Shown piece by piece: positions 1 to 10,191 of a stretch of 64,000 nt of DNA; position 1 is the stretch's first letter, and each line of letters opens with the position of its first letter. Location: positions 224,001 through 288,000 of the IMG/VR virus record IMGVR_UViG_3300046820_001270; one strand, 5' to 3'. Below the pieces are notes generated by a model. It searched no databases, had not been told where the DNA came from, and was given only the letters and a program-made list of their open reading frames with translations. A program made the position numbers and the translations under genes. This stretch comes from a virus (lineage: Duplodnaviria; Caudoviricetes).

Positions 1-1038
1 ATTGAATTAGTTATGAAGGAATTAGGTATTCCTGAAGGGTCAGTTCAATATGATGCAAAAATTATTGGTATGGGGGAATTCAACCCTGAAGATTTTAATC
101 ACGACCAAGAAGGTGAAGAAGAAGGTGGTGAAGAAGAAGGTGGTGAAGAAGAAATGAATTTTGGTAACGAAATTGAAATCGTTAATGATTTAGAAAAACT
201 TGACTTAGAAAAGGCAAAAAGAAGATTTATAAATACAATTATACAAGGCGCTTCTAAAAGAGGTCATTACATGTATCATTATGCGGAAGAGAGAATTAGT
301 CAAATTGTTGGTAACGACAGACTCATTGGACTTTATGGTATTATGATGTCTGTGAATGATGCATTATATTGGCAATTACCTAACGACACTATGAAAGCTA
401 TGGGTCAGGCCGGTAATATTGCAGGTAGAGAAGATGTTGATAGACAAACAGATCCACCAACAGTTAAAGCGAGAGCGGTAAACTTCCCAGTTTTAATTCA
501 TGAATTAATTAAAGGAACTTTAGAGTTAGTTGCAATTCAAGGAAGACCAAGAGATGAAGAAGGTAATGAAGAAGATTTTAGCGCCGTTGAAGATAGTGAA
601 GACACATTAGAAAAAGAAATGTGGGATTTACGTTTAGGACCTGCAATTTGGGACAGAATTAGATCTAAATTCCCTGAAGATGTATTAACAGATGAAGATA
701 AAGGAATTATCCAATTAATGGTATTTCAACATATATTTAAAAAACCAGCAAAGGAATTCTTAGTATTCATGAAAGAAATAGTTTCTAATACTGAAAATGG
801 AAATCGTTTAATGGAAACATTGGTTCGTGCAATTGAAGAGGATATCAACAATTACGATTACGAACAAACAATGGCGGAATTTGACGAGGACTTAACAGGT
901 ATTAGTGATGAAACAGATAACGATGAATTAAAAGATTTTATATTAGGTATTCCTGGCGTTTCATTGTCTAATGATGATGAAGAAGACGATGATGATAGTC
1001 TATTTGACGAGTTAGGGTTAGACAGACCTACGAAATAA
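1..1038 (+). CDS. Acidic hypothetical protein upstream of terminase, probably 5'-truncated by the window
   Basis: Frame is open from base 1 (ATG at 13 is in frame); Glu-rich stretch encoded by short GAAGGTGGTGAAGAA repeats; followed by a terminator. Confidence 0.6.
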   Translation: MELVMKELGIPEGSVQYDAKIIGMGEFNPEDFNHDQEGEEEGGEEEGGEEEMNFGNEIEIVNDLEKLDLEKAKRRFINTIIQGASKRGHYMYHYAEERISQIVGNDRLIGLYGIMMSVNDALYWQLPNDTMKAMGQAGNIAGREDVDRQTDPPTVKARAVNFPVLIHELIKGTLELVAIQGRPRDEEGNEEDFSAVEDSEDTLEKEMWDLRLGPAIWDRIRSKFPEDVLTDEDKGIIQLMVFQHIFKKPAKEFLVFMKEIVSNTENGNRLMETLVRAIEEDINNYDYEQTMAEFDEDLTGISDETDNDELKDFILGIPGVSLSNDDEEDDDDSLFDELGLDRPTK

Positions 1039-1041
1039 TAT

Positions 1042-1071
1042 AAAGGTGGTTTACAATAACCACCTTTTTTT
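1042..1071 (+). terminator. Intrinsic terminator
   Basis: AAAGGTGGTT-TACAAT-AACCACCTTT perfect 10-bp stem followed by a T tract. Confidence 0.85.
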
Positions 1072-1072
1072 G

Positions 1073-1080
1073 TATTTATA
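1073..1080 (+). promoter_or_regulatory. Putative late promoter TATTTAT(A/T), representative of the plus-strand copies
   Basis: Same 8-mer in sense orientation upstream of starts at 1073, 2910, 6236, 6998, 27817, 31471, 33303, 33690, 39787, 41799, 45036, 46558, 48481, 59537; nearly all precede virion or packaging genes. Confidence 0.7.
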
Positions 1081-1085
1081 CATAT

Positions 1086-2867
1086 ATGAATACTAGGACA
1101 CAACAGTTAATGGAATATGCGAAGATCATAAAAGATACTCCGTATGCACTTAGAACGTATTTACAAACATTCGATAATACACAGAAGAAGTATGTTCCAA
1201 TGGACTTGTTTGAAGATCAAATTCAACTAATTCAGGACTACGAAGACTACAACGAAAATATTACAAGAAAGTATAGACAAGCCGGTGTTACAACAGTAAC
1301 GGCAGCATGGTTATCAAAAAAATTACAATTAGCAAAACCCGATAATCCTGAGAGAGTCTTACTTATTGCAAACAAACGTGATACTGCGGTGGAGATGGCT
1401 AATAAGGTTAGACATTTCTTGGAACAATGGCCTGAATGGTTAAATGTTGGGTTCTCACCTGATAAAAACTCAGAAAGTAGATTTAGATTAAATAACGGTT
1501 GTGAGGTTAAGGCGGTCGCGACATCAGCGGATGCCCTTCGTGGTTATACACCTACGATACTTGTATTTGATGAGGCTGCATATATTGAAGCGGGAGATGA
1601 TTTTTGGGCGGCGTCTATGGCATCACTATCTACGGGTGGTAAGATTATTCTTATCTCCACTCCAAATGGTTATGACCCTATCTACTACGGTGTTTATGAC
1701 CAAGCATTACGAGGAATCAATGATTTCCATATCACAGATTTAAGATGGTTTAAAGACCCTCGTTATACTAAAGATTTACGTTGGATTAAATGTAAAGATA
1801 TCTGTCACTATATGTTAAATAGAGAACAGTATAATGATGATGAAGTCGTTTTATATGACTTTGACATGAAAGAATATCTTAAACTTATTGAAGATGGTTA
1901 TAAACCATTTTCATCTTGGTTTGAGTCTATGTCTAAGAAATTTAAATATGATAGACGTAAAATTGCTCAGGAGTTGGAATGTGATTTCTTAGGATCAGGA
2001 GATGGAGTTATTCCAAGTGATGTACAAGAAAACATAGCTAAAAACATGGTTAGAGAACCCATTGAAAAATATATGCAAGGTACATTTTGGCAATGGAAGG
2101 AACCAATTATAGGTCATCGTTATATTATGGGTGTGGACGTGAGTAGAGGTGATAGTGAAGATTTTTCTGCAATTTCAATTATTGATTTTGATGATAGAGA
2201 ACAAGTTGCCGAATATATAGGTAAAATACCTCCCGATGATTTAGCTGCTGTTGCATATAAATGGGCTATTCTATATGGTAATGCGTTTATAGTGACGGAT
2301 ATCACTGGAGGAATGGGGGTTGCAACGTCGAGAAAATTAACTGAGTTAAATTATAAGAACGTTTATGTTGAAGGGGTTAATACTCAAAACATTTGGGACT
2401 ATAATGCTAAGGCGATGGAGAAAATACCGGGACTTAACTTCAATAATAAAAGAACACAAATTGTTGCCGCATTTGAAGAACAACTTAGAAAAGGATTTAT
2501 TGTTAGATCCGCAAGATTATTAAATGAACTTAATACGTTTGTTTATTTAAACGGAAGACCTGATCACATGAAAGGTACTCATGATGATGCCATTATGGGA
2601 TTATCTATGGCATTATATTCCGCGGATATATCATTTAATCTTTTACAGAAAAATGAAAATGCTAACAAAGCAATGTTAGATTCTTGGACTATGACAGAAA
2701 GATCATATGAAACGAGTAAATCGTTTTATTCATATGGTACTGCATTTGATCAAATTGGTTCGATGGGTACGGATAATAATAACTTATATTATCAAGATAA
2801 TTCAATGAATGTTAGTAAACAAACATATCAAGAGAACTCGTGGTTATTTGGGGGTAGACGTAGATAA
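1086..2867 (+). CDS. terL: Terminase large subunit (T4 gp17-like)
   Basis: KYRQAGVTT Walker A, ILVFDEAAY Walker B, LISTPNG motif III, RuvC-like MGVDVSRGDSEDFS and HDDAIM; directly upstream of portal. Confidence 0.95.
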   Translation: MNTRTQQLMEYAKIIKDTPYALRTYLQTFDNTQKKYVPMDLFEDQIQLIQDYEDYNENITRKYRQAGVTTVTAAWLSKKLQLAKPDNPERVLLIANKRDTAVEMANKVRHFLEQWPEWLNVGFSPDKNSESRFRLNNGCEVKAVATSADALRGYTPTILVFDEAAYIEAGDDFWAASMASLSTGGKIILISTPNGYDPIYYGVYDQALRGINDFHITDLRWFKDPRYTKDLRWIKCKDICHYMLNREQYNDDEVVLYDFDMKEYLKLIEDGYKPFSSWFESMSKKFKYDRRKIAQELECDFLGSGDGVIPSDVQENIAKNMVREPIEKYMQGTFWQWKEPIIGHRYIMGVDVSRGDSEDFSAISIIDFDDREQVAEYIGKIPPDDLAAVAYKWAILYGNAFIVTDITGGMGVATSRKLTELNYKNVYVEGVNTQNIWDYNAKAMEKIPGLNFNNKRTQIVAAFEEQLRKGFIVRSARLLNELNTFVYLNGRPDHMKGTHDDAIMGLSMALYSADISFNLLQKNENANKAMLDSWTMTERSYETSKSFYSYGTAFDQIGSMGTDNNNLYYQDNSMNVSKQTYQENSWLFGGRRR

Positions 2868-2921
2868 CGTTTAGTTTATCATTATTTTAGTTTATATTAT
2901 AAAGAAAAGTATTTATATAGA

Positions 2922-4760
2922 ATGGCAAATCAAAATTTAACTGTATTTCAGAAATTAACAAAGATGTTTGGTTATCCAGGGAAACCTCAAGTAACACAGG
3001 CACCTACCTTTAATTTCAGTAAAGATGAATTACTAAAAACAGACAGTAGAGAAGAATATGAAAAAGCAATGTTACAGGCTCAACAGAGTCAATACATTGC
3101 CGATAAATGGACTAAATTAGATCAGTCTCTTTATAACCAATCGGTTTATTATGAACCAAATAGATTGGCCGCTTATTACGATTACGAAGCTATGGAGTTT
3201 ACTCCTGAGATATCAGCAGCATTAGACATATATGCGGAAGAGTCTACTACAATGTCAGAAAAAGGTCAAATTTTAACGATCTATTCTGAGTCAGATAGAA
3301 TTAAAGAAATATTAGAGGATCTCTTTAACAATAGATTAGACGTAAATACTAACTTACAAATGTGGACAAGAGGTGTTTGTAAGTATGGTGATAATTTTGT
3401 TTATTTAAAGTTAGATCCTGAGAAAGGTATTGTTGGATGTCAACAATTACCAAATATTGAAATTGAAAGATTGGAAGGTGCCGCGGGTAAAACTACAACA
3501 CAGAATAAAGATTTAAAAGTTCCGTCAAGAGAATTACGTTTCCAATGGAAGAACAAAGATTTGGAATTCCAAGCATGGGAGATTGCTCATTTTAGATTAT
3601 TAGGTGACGATAGAAAATTACCATACGGTACTTCAATGTTAGATAAGATTAGAAGAATTTGGAAACAACTTTTACTTGCGGAAGATGCCATGTTGATTTA
3701 TAGAACATCGAGAGCACCCGAAAGGCGTGTATTCAAAGTGTTTGTTGGTAATATGGATGATAAAGATATTGAATCTTATGTACAACGTGTTGCAAACAAA
3801 TTTAAAAGAGATCAAATTTCTGATCCACGAAACGGTCAAGTTGATATGAGATATAATCAAATGGCAGTTGATCAGGATTATTTTATTCCTGTTCGTGATC
3901 CATCACAAACAAACCCAATTGAAACTTTACCAGGTGCGCAAAATTTAGGTGAGATTGCCGATATTGAATATATCCAAAAGAAAATGTTAGCCGCATTACG
4001 TATCCCTAAAGCATTCTTAGGATTTGAAGAAGTTGTTGGTGAAGGTAAGAGTTTAGCATTAATGGATATTCGTTTCGCAAGAACAATCAACAGAATTCAA
4101 AAATCTGTTATTCAAGAGTTAAATAAAATTGCATTAATCCAATTATACCTTTTGGGTATGGAGGATGAATTAAATAATTTCTCATTGTCATTAACTAACC
4201 CATCAGCACAATCTGATTTGTTACGTATTGAACAATGGAAAGAGAAAGTTACACTTTACAAAGATGCAACATCGGATCAATCACAAGTGGGTATCTTACC
4301 TGTGTCTCATACATGGGCTAAGAAGAATATCCTTGGATTTAGTGATAGTGAAGTTATGTTGGATTTACAACAACAACGTTTAGAACGTGCATTAGGATTT
4401 GAATTAACAAATACTCAGAATGTTATTAAACGTTCAGGTGTGTTTGATGAAGTAGATGCTAAGTATGGTATTCCTGAAGAAGATAGAGAAAAGGCAATGG
4501 AAGCCGCGGGTGGAGCTGAAGGAGGAGGAATGGATATGGGTGGAGGAGGAATGGATATGGGTGGAGCACCACCGCCACCATCAGGTGGAGGAGAGGCACC
4601 ATTGAGTGAATCAACATTACAAAGAAAATCTAAAAAATCTAAGATTTTAAGTATGTTGGGAGAAGAAAAAGAAGATTTTAATATTCTATTTGATATGGAA
4701 AAGGCTCAACAGAATATTTATGAAATAGAGACGAAAATAAATGATATGTTAAACGATTAA
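2922..4760 (+). CDS. gp20: Portal protein (T4 gp20-like)
   Basis: YRTSRAPERRVFKVFVGN, EDAMLIYR and DYFIPVR-IETLPG motifs typical of gp20; Gly/Met/Pro-rich C-terminal tail. Confidence 0.92.
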   Translation: MANQNLTVFQKLTKMFGYPGKPQVTQAPTFNFSKDELLKTDSREEYEKAMLQAQQSQYIADKWTKLDQSLYNQSVYYEPNRLAAYYDYEAMEFTPEISAALDIYAEESTTMSEKGQILTIYSESDRIKEILEDLFNNRLDVNTNLQMWTRGVCKYGDNFVYLKLDPEKGIVGCQQLPNIEIERLEGAAGKTTTQNKDLKVPSRELRFQWKNKDLEFQAWEIAHFRLLGDDRKLPYGTSMLDKIRRIWKQLLLAEDAMLIYRTSRAPERRVFKVFVGNMDDKDIESYVQRVANKFKRDQISDPRNGQVDMRYNQMAVDQDYFIPVRDPSQTNPIETLPGAQNLGEIADIEYIQKKMLAALRIPKAFLGFEEVVGEGKSLALMDIRFARTINRIQKSVIQELNKIALIQLYLLGMEDELNNFSLSLTNPSAQSDLLRIEQWKEKVTLYKDATSDQSQVGILPVSHTWAKKNILGFSDSEVMLDLQQQRLERALGFELTNTQNVIKRSGVFDEVDAKYGIPEEDREKAMEAAGGAEGGGMDMGGGGMDMGGAPPPPSGGGEAPLSESTLQRKSKKSKILSMLGEEKEDFNILFDMEKAQQNIYEIETKINDMLND

Positions 4761-4762
4761 AA

Positions 4763-5509
4763 ATGAACAAATTCGGGGTTATTAAAACCAAATTATTAAA
4801 TAAGTTAACTGAATCTTACGCTAAAGAAAATAAAGCTGAGATAAAAAATATTTTAACAACAATTAAAGAAAACAAAGATTTCAAAGAAATGTATTTGTTT
4901 TACGAAGAAATTGAAGGTAAAACTATTTCAGATAAAGAAACTGCAAAATTATACGTTGAAGGTTTAAGTACATATTTTGGTCAACCGATAGGAAATTGGA
5001 GTAATTTAAATGTATTTTGTGAATCTTTAAACAAAAGATTAGGTGATGAAGAAGTAACAACAAATGAATTATATGAGTCTTTAGATATATTATCTGAAAA
5101 AGATTCATTATCAAATATTGAAAAGAAAGTTATTGCTAAAAAGAAATTAGTTGAACATTTAACAACTAAAAAAGAAATTACAGAATCAAAAGAAACTACA
5201 TTAGTTCCTAATGAAACTTTATTAAATGCTGTGTTAGCAAACAATTTCAATGTTTTATATTCTAACACATTATCCGAATCACAAAAAGAAGAGTTAAAAA
5301 ATATTTTATCAATTTCTTATGACGATTTAATTACTAAAAGTAATGAATTGGCCGAATCAGTTATTAAACAAGTATCTACACTTTTAAGTGAATCAAATGA
5401 TACAGATTTATCCAATAAATTAAAGGCGGTAAAAGATGAGGTAACTCAGATGTCTCCGTCGAGATATAACTATTACAGATTAAACGAATTAAAAAATGGA
5501 CTTAGTTAA
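4763..5509 (+). CDS. Probable prohead core or head assembly protein
   Basis: Lies between portal and protease; helical and Glu/Lys-rich with several (L/I)xES sites resembling prohead-protease cleavage sites. Confidence 0.45.
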   Translation: MNKFGVIKTKLLNKLTESYAKENKAEIKNILTTIKENKDFKEMYLFYEEIEGKTISDKETAKLYVEGLSTYFGQPIGNWSNLNVFCESLNKRLGDEEVTTNELYESLDILSEKDSLSNIEKKVIAKKKLVEHLTTKKEITESKETTLVPNETLLNAVLANNFNVLYSNTLSESQKEELKNILSISYDDLITKSNELAESVIKQVSTLLSESNDTDLSNKLKAVKDEVTQMSPSRYNYYRLNELKNGLS

Positions 5510-5524
5510 GTCCATTTCTTTTTT
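5491..5524. terminator. Bidirectional terminator embedded in two convergent gene ends
   Basis: AAATGGACTT-AGTT-AAGTCCATTT perfect 10-bp stem, A tract on the left and T tract on the right. Confidence 0.7.
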
Positions 5525-5693
5525 GTTGTATATAAACTGCTTTTAACTTTTCAGTTCTTTTCTTAACTGAAGGTTTAGTAAAGACTTGTCTTTCCCTCAA
5601 TTCTTGAACTTGTTTAACTTTTTGAACTTTATGTTTGTAAGTTCTAAGTGCAGTTTCTATACTTTTTTCTTTTGATAAATCTACTATAATCAT
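5502..5693 (-). CDS. rpsU: Phage-encoded 30S ribosomal protein bS21
   Basis: 63 aa, basic; IETALRTYK...LRERQVFTKPSVKKR...KAVY matches bS21 (F.KPS..R); position between portal and protease as in described bS21 phages. Confidence 0.92.
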   Translation of the reverse strand: MIIVDLSKEKSIETALRTYKHKVQKVKQVQELRERQVFTKPSVKKRTEKLKAVYIQQKRNGLN

Positions 5694-5697
5694 ATAT

Positions 5698-5742
5698 TAT
5701 AAATATACTACAAATATATGAAATTATTTTTGGTTATTCCAA
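5698..5742 (-). promoter_or_regulatory. Dual promoter region of the bS21 gene
   Basis: Minus strand reads TTGG-N20-TATATTTG (5742-5711, Bacteroidota sigma70 type) then TATTTATA (5705-5698), 4 nt before the ATG. Confidence 0.65.
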
Positions 5743-5795
5743 GTATTTTCTTTATTTTTTATAAACACCATAAGAAATAATAATATGAATAATTA

Positions 5796-6221
5796 ATGAA
5801 AACAGGTAAGTATATCCCTTTAGGGACTTACAATGATGTAAAGATCGGTTATGGTACCGTAGATTTTAAAAATCTTAAAACCATTTACTTAAAGTTAAAT
5901 TCGTGGGTACAACCCGAAAATGAAACTGATGATTTTGATCACATGATTCATAAATCAAGAAGAAAAGTTAAAGAAATAATCTATAATCTTAAAACCCCTT
6001 ATTTTAAACAACAATCTATTGTTGACTTAGATATTAGAACAAAGGGAATTAAATTAGAAAAGAGATCTTTTATGAACTTGGAAATCACATTATATGTTGA
6101 TAATCAGTTCGACGTTAAATCAAAAGAAATTAAAAATAACATAAAGGATATTCTAATTTATGTTATAGAAGATGGTCTTTCTGATAAAAAACTATTCAAT
6201 TTTTACAAATCCAAAAAATAA
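5796..6221 (+). CDS. Hypothetical protein in head module
   Basis: 141-aa ORF with phage-like codon use, divergent from rpsU. Confidence 0.7.
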   Translation: MKTGKYIPLGTYNDVKIGYGTVDFKNLKTIYLKLNSWVQPENETDDFDHMIHKSRRKVKEIIYNLKTPYFKQQSIVDLDIRTKGIKLEKRSFMNLEITLYVDNQFDVKSKEIKNNIKDILIYVIEDGLSDKKLFNFYKSKK

Positions 6222-6259
6222 TAGGGATATCGATGTATTTATAGTAATAAAATCTATAA

Positions 6260-6943
6260 ATGAAGATATTAGGACCCAAAGAACTTGGAACAGGAATTTT
6301 AATAGAATACGACGCAGGACACGTATCTCCAGACGAGAACAAAAAAATTATACAGGAAATGAAGGGTGTGGACTTCTCAGAAGACCTAATCCTTTATGCT
6401 GTCTTACAAAAATTCGATACTCCAAATAAGAACGGAAGGATATATCCTGAAATGTTACTTAAAAGAGAGAACGAAAAATATCAATCACTTATTAAGAAGG
6501 GAGGAGCATTAAACGAATTAAATCACCCTTCATCTTCACTAATCGATTTAGATAGAGTATCACACTCAATTTTAGAAACTTGGTGGGACGGTAGAATCCT
6601 TATGGGTAAAATCAAGTTATTCACTTCTCCTGGATGGAAGAAGATGGGTATCGTTTCAACCAAAGGAGACCAAGCTGCAATGTTATTAATGAACGGAGCA
6701 ACTCTTGGTATCTCTTCACGTGGTGTAGGATCACTTAAACAAGTTAAAGGAGAAAACATCGTACAAGATGATTTCGAATTAGTTTGTTTTGATTTAGTAT
6801 CATCACCATCAACTCCCGGAGCTTATATTTTTAAGGACCCATCAGAAAGAGACCAATATCAAGAAGCTGAAATCAAGAAACCAACACTTGACAGTAGAAT
6901 GTCAAAACTTATGGGCAATTTAGATACATTTTTATCTAAATAA
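6260..6943 (+). CDS. gp21: Prohead core protease (T4 gp21-like)
   Basis: NKNGRIYP, ELNHP (His), GISSRG (Ser), FDLVSSPS motifs. Confidence 0.93.
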   Translation: MKILGPKELGTGILIEYDAGHVSPDENKKIIQEMKGVDFSEDLILYAVLQKFDTPNKNGRIYPEMLLKRENEKYQSLIKKGGALNELNHPSSSLIDLDRVSHSILETWWDGRILMGKIKLFTSPGWKKMGIVSTKGDQAAMLLMNGATLGISSRGVGSLKQVKGENIVQDDFELVCFDLVSSPSTPGAYIFKDPSERDQYQEAEIKKPTLDSRMSKLMGNLDTFLSK

Positions 6944-7032
6944 TAAACTTTATAGGGGCAGTAATATTAAAAAACACGATTTTTTACTAAATCGTAGTAT
7001 TTATAAGATAATAAAAACAATTAATTTTCACA

Positions 7033-8313
7033 ATGAGCGAAAAATCAATTTTAGAACAAGCGTTACTTCAAGTGCAAAATCTTGAAGAAGCAGTTAAGCA
7101 AAATGCAAAAGGTATACTTGCTTCAACAATGAAGGAAGAACTTAAAGATTTGCTAAAAGAATCATTGGAAGAAGAGGAAGATGTTGACGTTATGGAACAA
7201 CCAGAAACTGAAACTGATCCTGAAGGAGAGGAAGAACAAGATGTGGCAGCTGACGACGAAGAAACAGACGATGAGTCTGAAGAAGACGTTGATACAGATG
7301 TTGATACAGATACAGACCTCGATAACTTAGACTCAACAGATGACGTTGATTCAGATGTTGACGCTGACGTTGACATGGATGATATGAGTACCGATATGGA
7401 TACTGATATGGAATCTATGGATGACGAAGGTTCAATGGATGATGAAGACGTTATGGATATGACAAGTGCTTCAGACGATGAAGTTCTTAAAGTATTCAAA
7501 GCTATGAAACCAGAAGATGGTATCGTAGTTAAGAAAGACGGTAACAATGTTGAATTCGGTGACGGTGAAGATGAATACATTATCAAATTAGATGGTGAAG
7601 ATTCTGATGTCGATGCTGGAATGGACATGGGTGCTGACTTTAGTTCAGATGTTGATTCTGACGTTGATTCCGACGTTGAAATGGATGAAATGGATATGGA
7701 TGTGGATGCTGATATGGACACTGATACAGATGTTGATGGTGAAATGGAAGCTGACGAAGAAACTATCTATGAAATCGAATTAGACGAGGAAGATGAGGTT
7801 GAAGAACCTAAAAAAGTTGAAGCTACTGAAGCTGCACGTACAAAATCAAACCCTCACGGAAACAAGAATGGTATGAAAAGAGCTGGTTTACCATCTAAAA
7901 AAATGTACAAGGCAGGATCTGGTATCAACGAACAAGTTGAAACATTGAAAAAACAAAATGCTGAATATAAAAAGGCATTAGTATTATTCAAGGATAAACT
8001 AAATGAAGTTGCAGTATTCAATGCAAACTTAGCTTACGCTACACGTTTGTTTACTGAACATTCAACTACAAAACAAGAGAAATTGAACATATTAAAGAGA
8101 TTTGATACAGTTTCTACTATGAATGAATCTAAAGGTTTATTCAACACAATCAAAACTGAATTAGGTTCAAAAACTACGGTTACCGAATCAGTTGCGACAA
8201 AAATCTCTAACACTCCATCAACATCTTCTTCTACAGAGGTATTATCTGAGTCAAAAGCTTACGAAAATCCTCAATTCAGTAGAATTAAAGAAATGATGAG
8301 AAAAATAAAATAA
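7033..8313 (+). CDS. Prohead scaffolding/core protein (gp22-like)
   Basis: Very acidic DxD-rich centre, C-terminal coiled coil, many LxES/EA sites; sits between protease and capsid. Confidence 0.8.
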   Translation: MSEKSILEQALLQVQNLEEAVKQNAKGILASTMKEELKDLLKESLEEEEDVDVMEQPETETDPEGEEEQDVAADDEETDDESEEDVDTDVDTDTDLDNLDSTDDVDSDVDADVDMDDMSTDMDTDMESMDDEGSMDDEDVMDMTSASDDEVLKVFKAMKPEDGIVVKKDGNNVEFGDGEDEYIIKLDGEDSDVDAGMDMGADFSSDVDSDVDSDVEMDEMDMDVDADMDTDTDVDGEMEADEETIYEIELDEEDEVEEPKKVEATEAARTKSNPHGNKNGMKRAGLPSKKMYKAGSGINEQVETLKKQNAEYKKALVLFKDKLNEVAVFNANLAYATRLFTEHSTTKQEKLNILKRFDTVSTMNESKGLFNTIKTELGSKTTVTESVATKISNTPSTSSSTEVLSESKAYENPQFSRIKEMMRKIK

Positions 8314-8338
8314 ATTAAAAACAAAATACAATTTTAAA

Positions 8339-10105
8339 ATGGGAGCATTATTAGAATCAGGTATGGTAGGTAACATCGGTCTTAAGCACCTTAGAGTTAT
8401 CAAAGAAGATACCATCAAAAAATGGGACGAATTAGGCTTTTTAGAAGGTCTTGACGGTCACCAAAAAGATAACATCGCACAATTATATGAAAACCAAGCG
8501 TCTTACTTAATCAACGAAGCAGCAGTAGCTGATGCGTCTGGTTCTTTCGAGACTGTAGTTTTCCCTATCATTCGTCGTGTATTCTCTAAATTATTAGCTA
8601 ACGACATCGTGTCTGTACAAGCTATGAACTTACCAATCGGTAAATTATTCTATTTCATTCCTAAAATTCAGGAAAGAGATGGTAATGGTCACTACTCACC
8701 TTATGGTGGTGCGAACAACGATTTAGGTTTACCACAGAACGCACAATCAGGTTATCCTGCTGGAAAGAGAAGTTTATATGATCGTTTCTACGAAGCTAGT
8801 GACGATTTAGAACAAGGTCTTTTTGATTACTCAAAAGGAGCTTTCTCTGTTCAATCATTAACTGTAAATGGTTTCACAACTTTCTCTAATGGTGTGGTTG
8901 ATGTTAGTACAAGTGCAATTGCAACAGGTACAACAAAATCAAATGTTATTTTAGCATTATCTGGTTTCACATCAGCAGGTGCAGGTAAATTAAAAGGACC
9001 AGACGGTAATGAAATGGATTCTGAAGAATTCTTAGCTTCATTACAAGTGTTCACTTCAGATGCTAACTTATTAGCTTTCTTAGGTGCGACTACAGGTACT
9101 TCTTTACCAATCAATATCGTTACTCAAAAGTACGGTAAAGGTATCGTAGAATACGGTGCTAAAACAACTAACTCAACACAAAACTACTATGATATTTGTG
9201 ATGCTGATGGTGTTATCTATGTTCAAGTAGATTTACAAAAATACAGTGCAACTGCAGGTTTCGTTGATTACGTTGTAACTGGTTCAACATTAGCTAGAAC
9301 AGAATTCAACGCATCTTATCGTAAGTATGCAACTTTGGAATTTGAAGAGCAAATTGGTGAAGTATCTTTTGATTTAGAATCAGTAACAGTTTCTGTAACT
9401 GAAAGAAAATTAAGAGCTAGCTGGTCTCCAGAATTAGCACAAGATGTTAGTGCATTCCACAACATCGATGCTGAAGCTGAATTGACAGCTTTATTATCAG
9501 AGCAAATCGCTGCCGAAGTTGACCGTGAAATCTTACGTGATTTACGTAAAGGTGCAGCATGGAAAGCTAAATGGGATTACAATGAGTGGAAATACGGTGG
9601 TGCAAACGGTGCAACTTTACAAGGTTACACACAGAAAGATTGGAACCAAACTTTGGTTACAAAAATCAACCAAATTTCAGCTCAAATCCACAAAACTACG
9701 TTAAGAGGTGGTGCTAACTGGATCGTTATTTCTTCAGAGATTTCTGCAGTATTTGATGATTTAGAGTATTTCCACGTTTCTAACGCAGAACCAGAGCAAG
9801 ATCAATATAACATGGGTATCGAGAAAATCGGTTCAGTAGGTGGACGTTACCAAGTGTATCGTGATCCTTACTTCCCAGCGAACAAGATCTTGATTGGTCA
9901 TAAAGGTAAGTCTTTGTTAGATGCAGGTTATGTATACGCACCATATGTGCCATTACAGTTAACCCCTACAATGTACAATCCGTTCAACATGACTCCGATC
10001 AAAGGTATCATGACTCGTTACGCAAAGAAAATGGTAAACAACCGTTACTTTGGTATCATCGATGTTCAAGGTATTCAATCTTTCGGATTAGATACATTAA
10101 GATAA
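8339..10105 (+). CDS. gp23: Major capsid protein (T4 gp23-like)
   Basis: DIVSVQAMNLPIG, RKLRASWSPELAQD, AEVDREIL and YAPYVPLQ motifs; highly biased codon use; strong terminator downstream. Confidence 0.95.
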   Translation: MGALLESGMVGNIGLKHLRVIKEDTIKKWDELGFLEGLDGHQKDNIAQLYENQASYLINEAAVADASGSFETVVFPIIRRVFSKLLANDIVSVQAMNLPIGKLFYFIPKIQERDGNGHYSPYGGANNDLGLPQNAQSGYPAGKRSLYDRFYEASDDLEQGLFDYSKGAFSVQSLTVNGFTTFSNGVVDVSTSAIATGTTKSNVILALSGFTSAGAGKLKGPDGNEMDSEEFLASLQVFTSDANLLAFLGATTGTSLPINIVTQKYGKGIVEYGAKTTNSTQNYYDICDADGVIYVQVDLQKYSATAGFVDYVVTGSTLARTEFNASYRKYATLEFEEQIGEVSFDLESVTVSVTERKLRASWSPELAQDVSAFHNIDAEAELTALLSEQIAAEVDREILRDLRKGAAWKAKWDYNEWKYGGANGATLQGYTQKDWNQTLVTKINQISAQIHKTTLRGGANWIVISSEISAVFDDLEYFHVSNAEPEQDQYNMGIEKIGSVGGRYQVYRDPYFPANKILIGHKGKSLLDAGYVYAPYVPLQLTPTMYNPFNMTPIKGIMTRYAKKMVNNRYFGIIDVQGIQSFGLDTLR

Positions 10106-10123
10106 TCTTAATATTATCAATAG

Positions 10124-10152
10124 AAAAACCCTCGAGAAATCGGGGGTTTTTT
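10124..10152 (+). terminator. Intrinsic terminator after capsid gene
   Basis: AAAAACCCTCGA-GAAA-TCGGGGGTTTTTT stem with GAAA loop and T tract. Confidence 0.88.
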
Positions 10153-10155
10153 ATT

Positions 10156-10187
10156 TTTGGTATATTCTAAATAAAGTTGTATATTTG
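10156..10187 (+). promoter_or_regulatory. Bacteroidota-type sigma70 promoter
   Basis: TTTG-N20-TATATTTG matches the -33/-7 consensus TTTG/TAnnTTTG; ATG follows 4 nt later. Confidence 0.75.
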
Positions 10188-10191
10188 TAAT

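Noticed and set aside
7068-7721. 217-aa Ser-rich minus-strand ORF
   Set aside because: Antisense shadow of the GAT/GAC-rich scaffold gene; no promoter or start context
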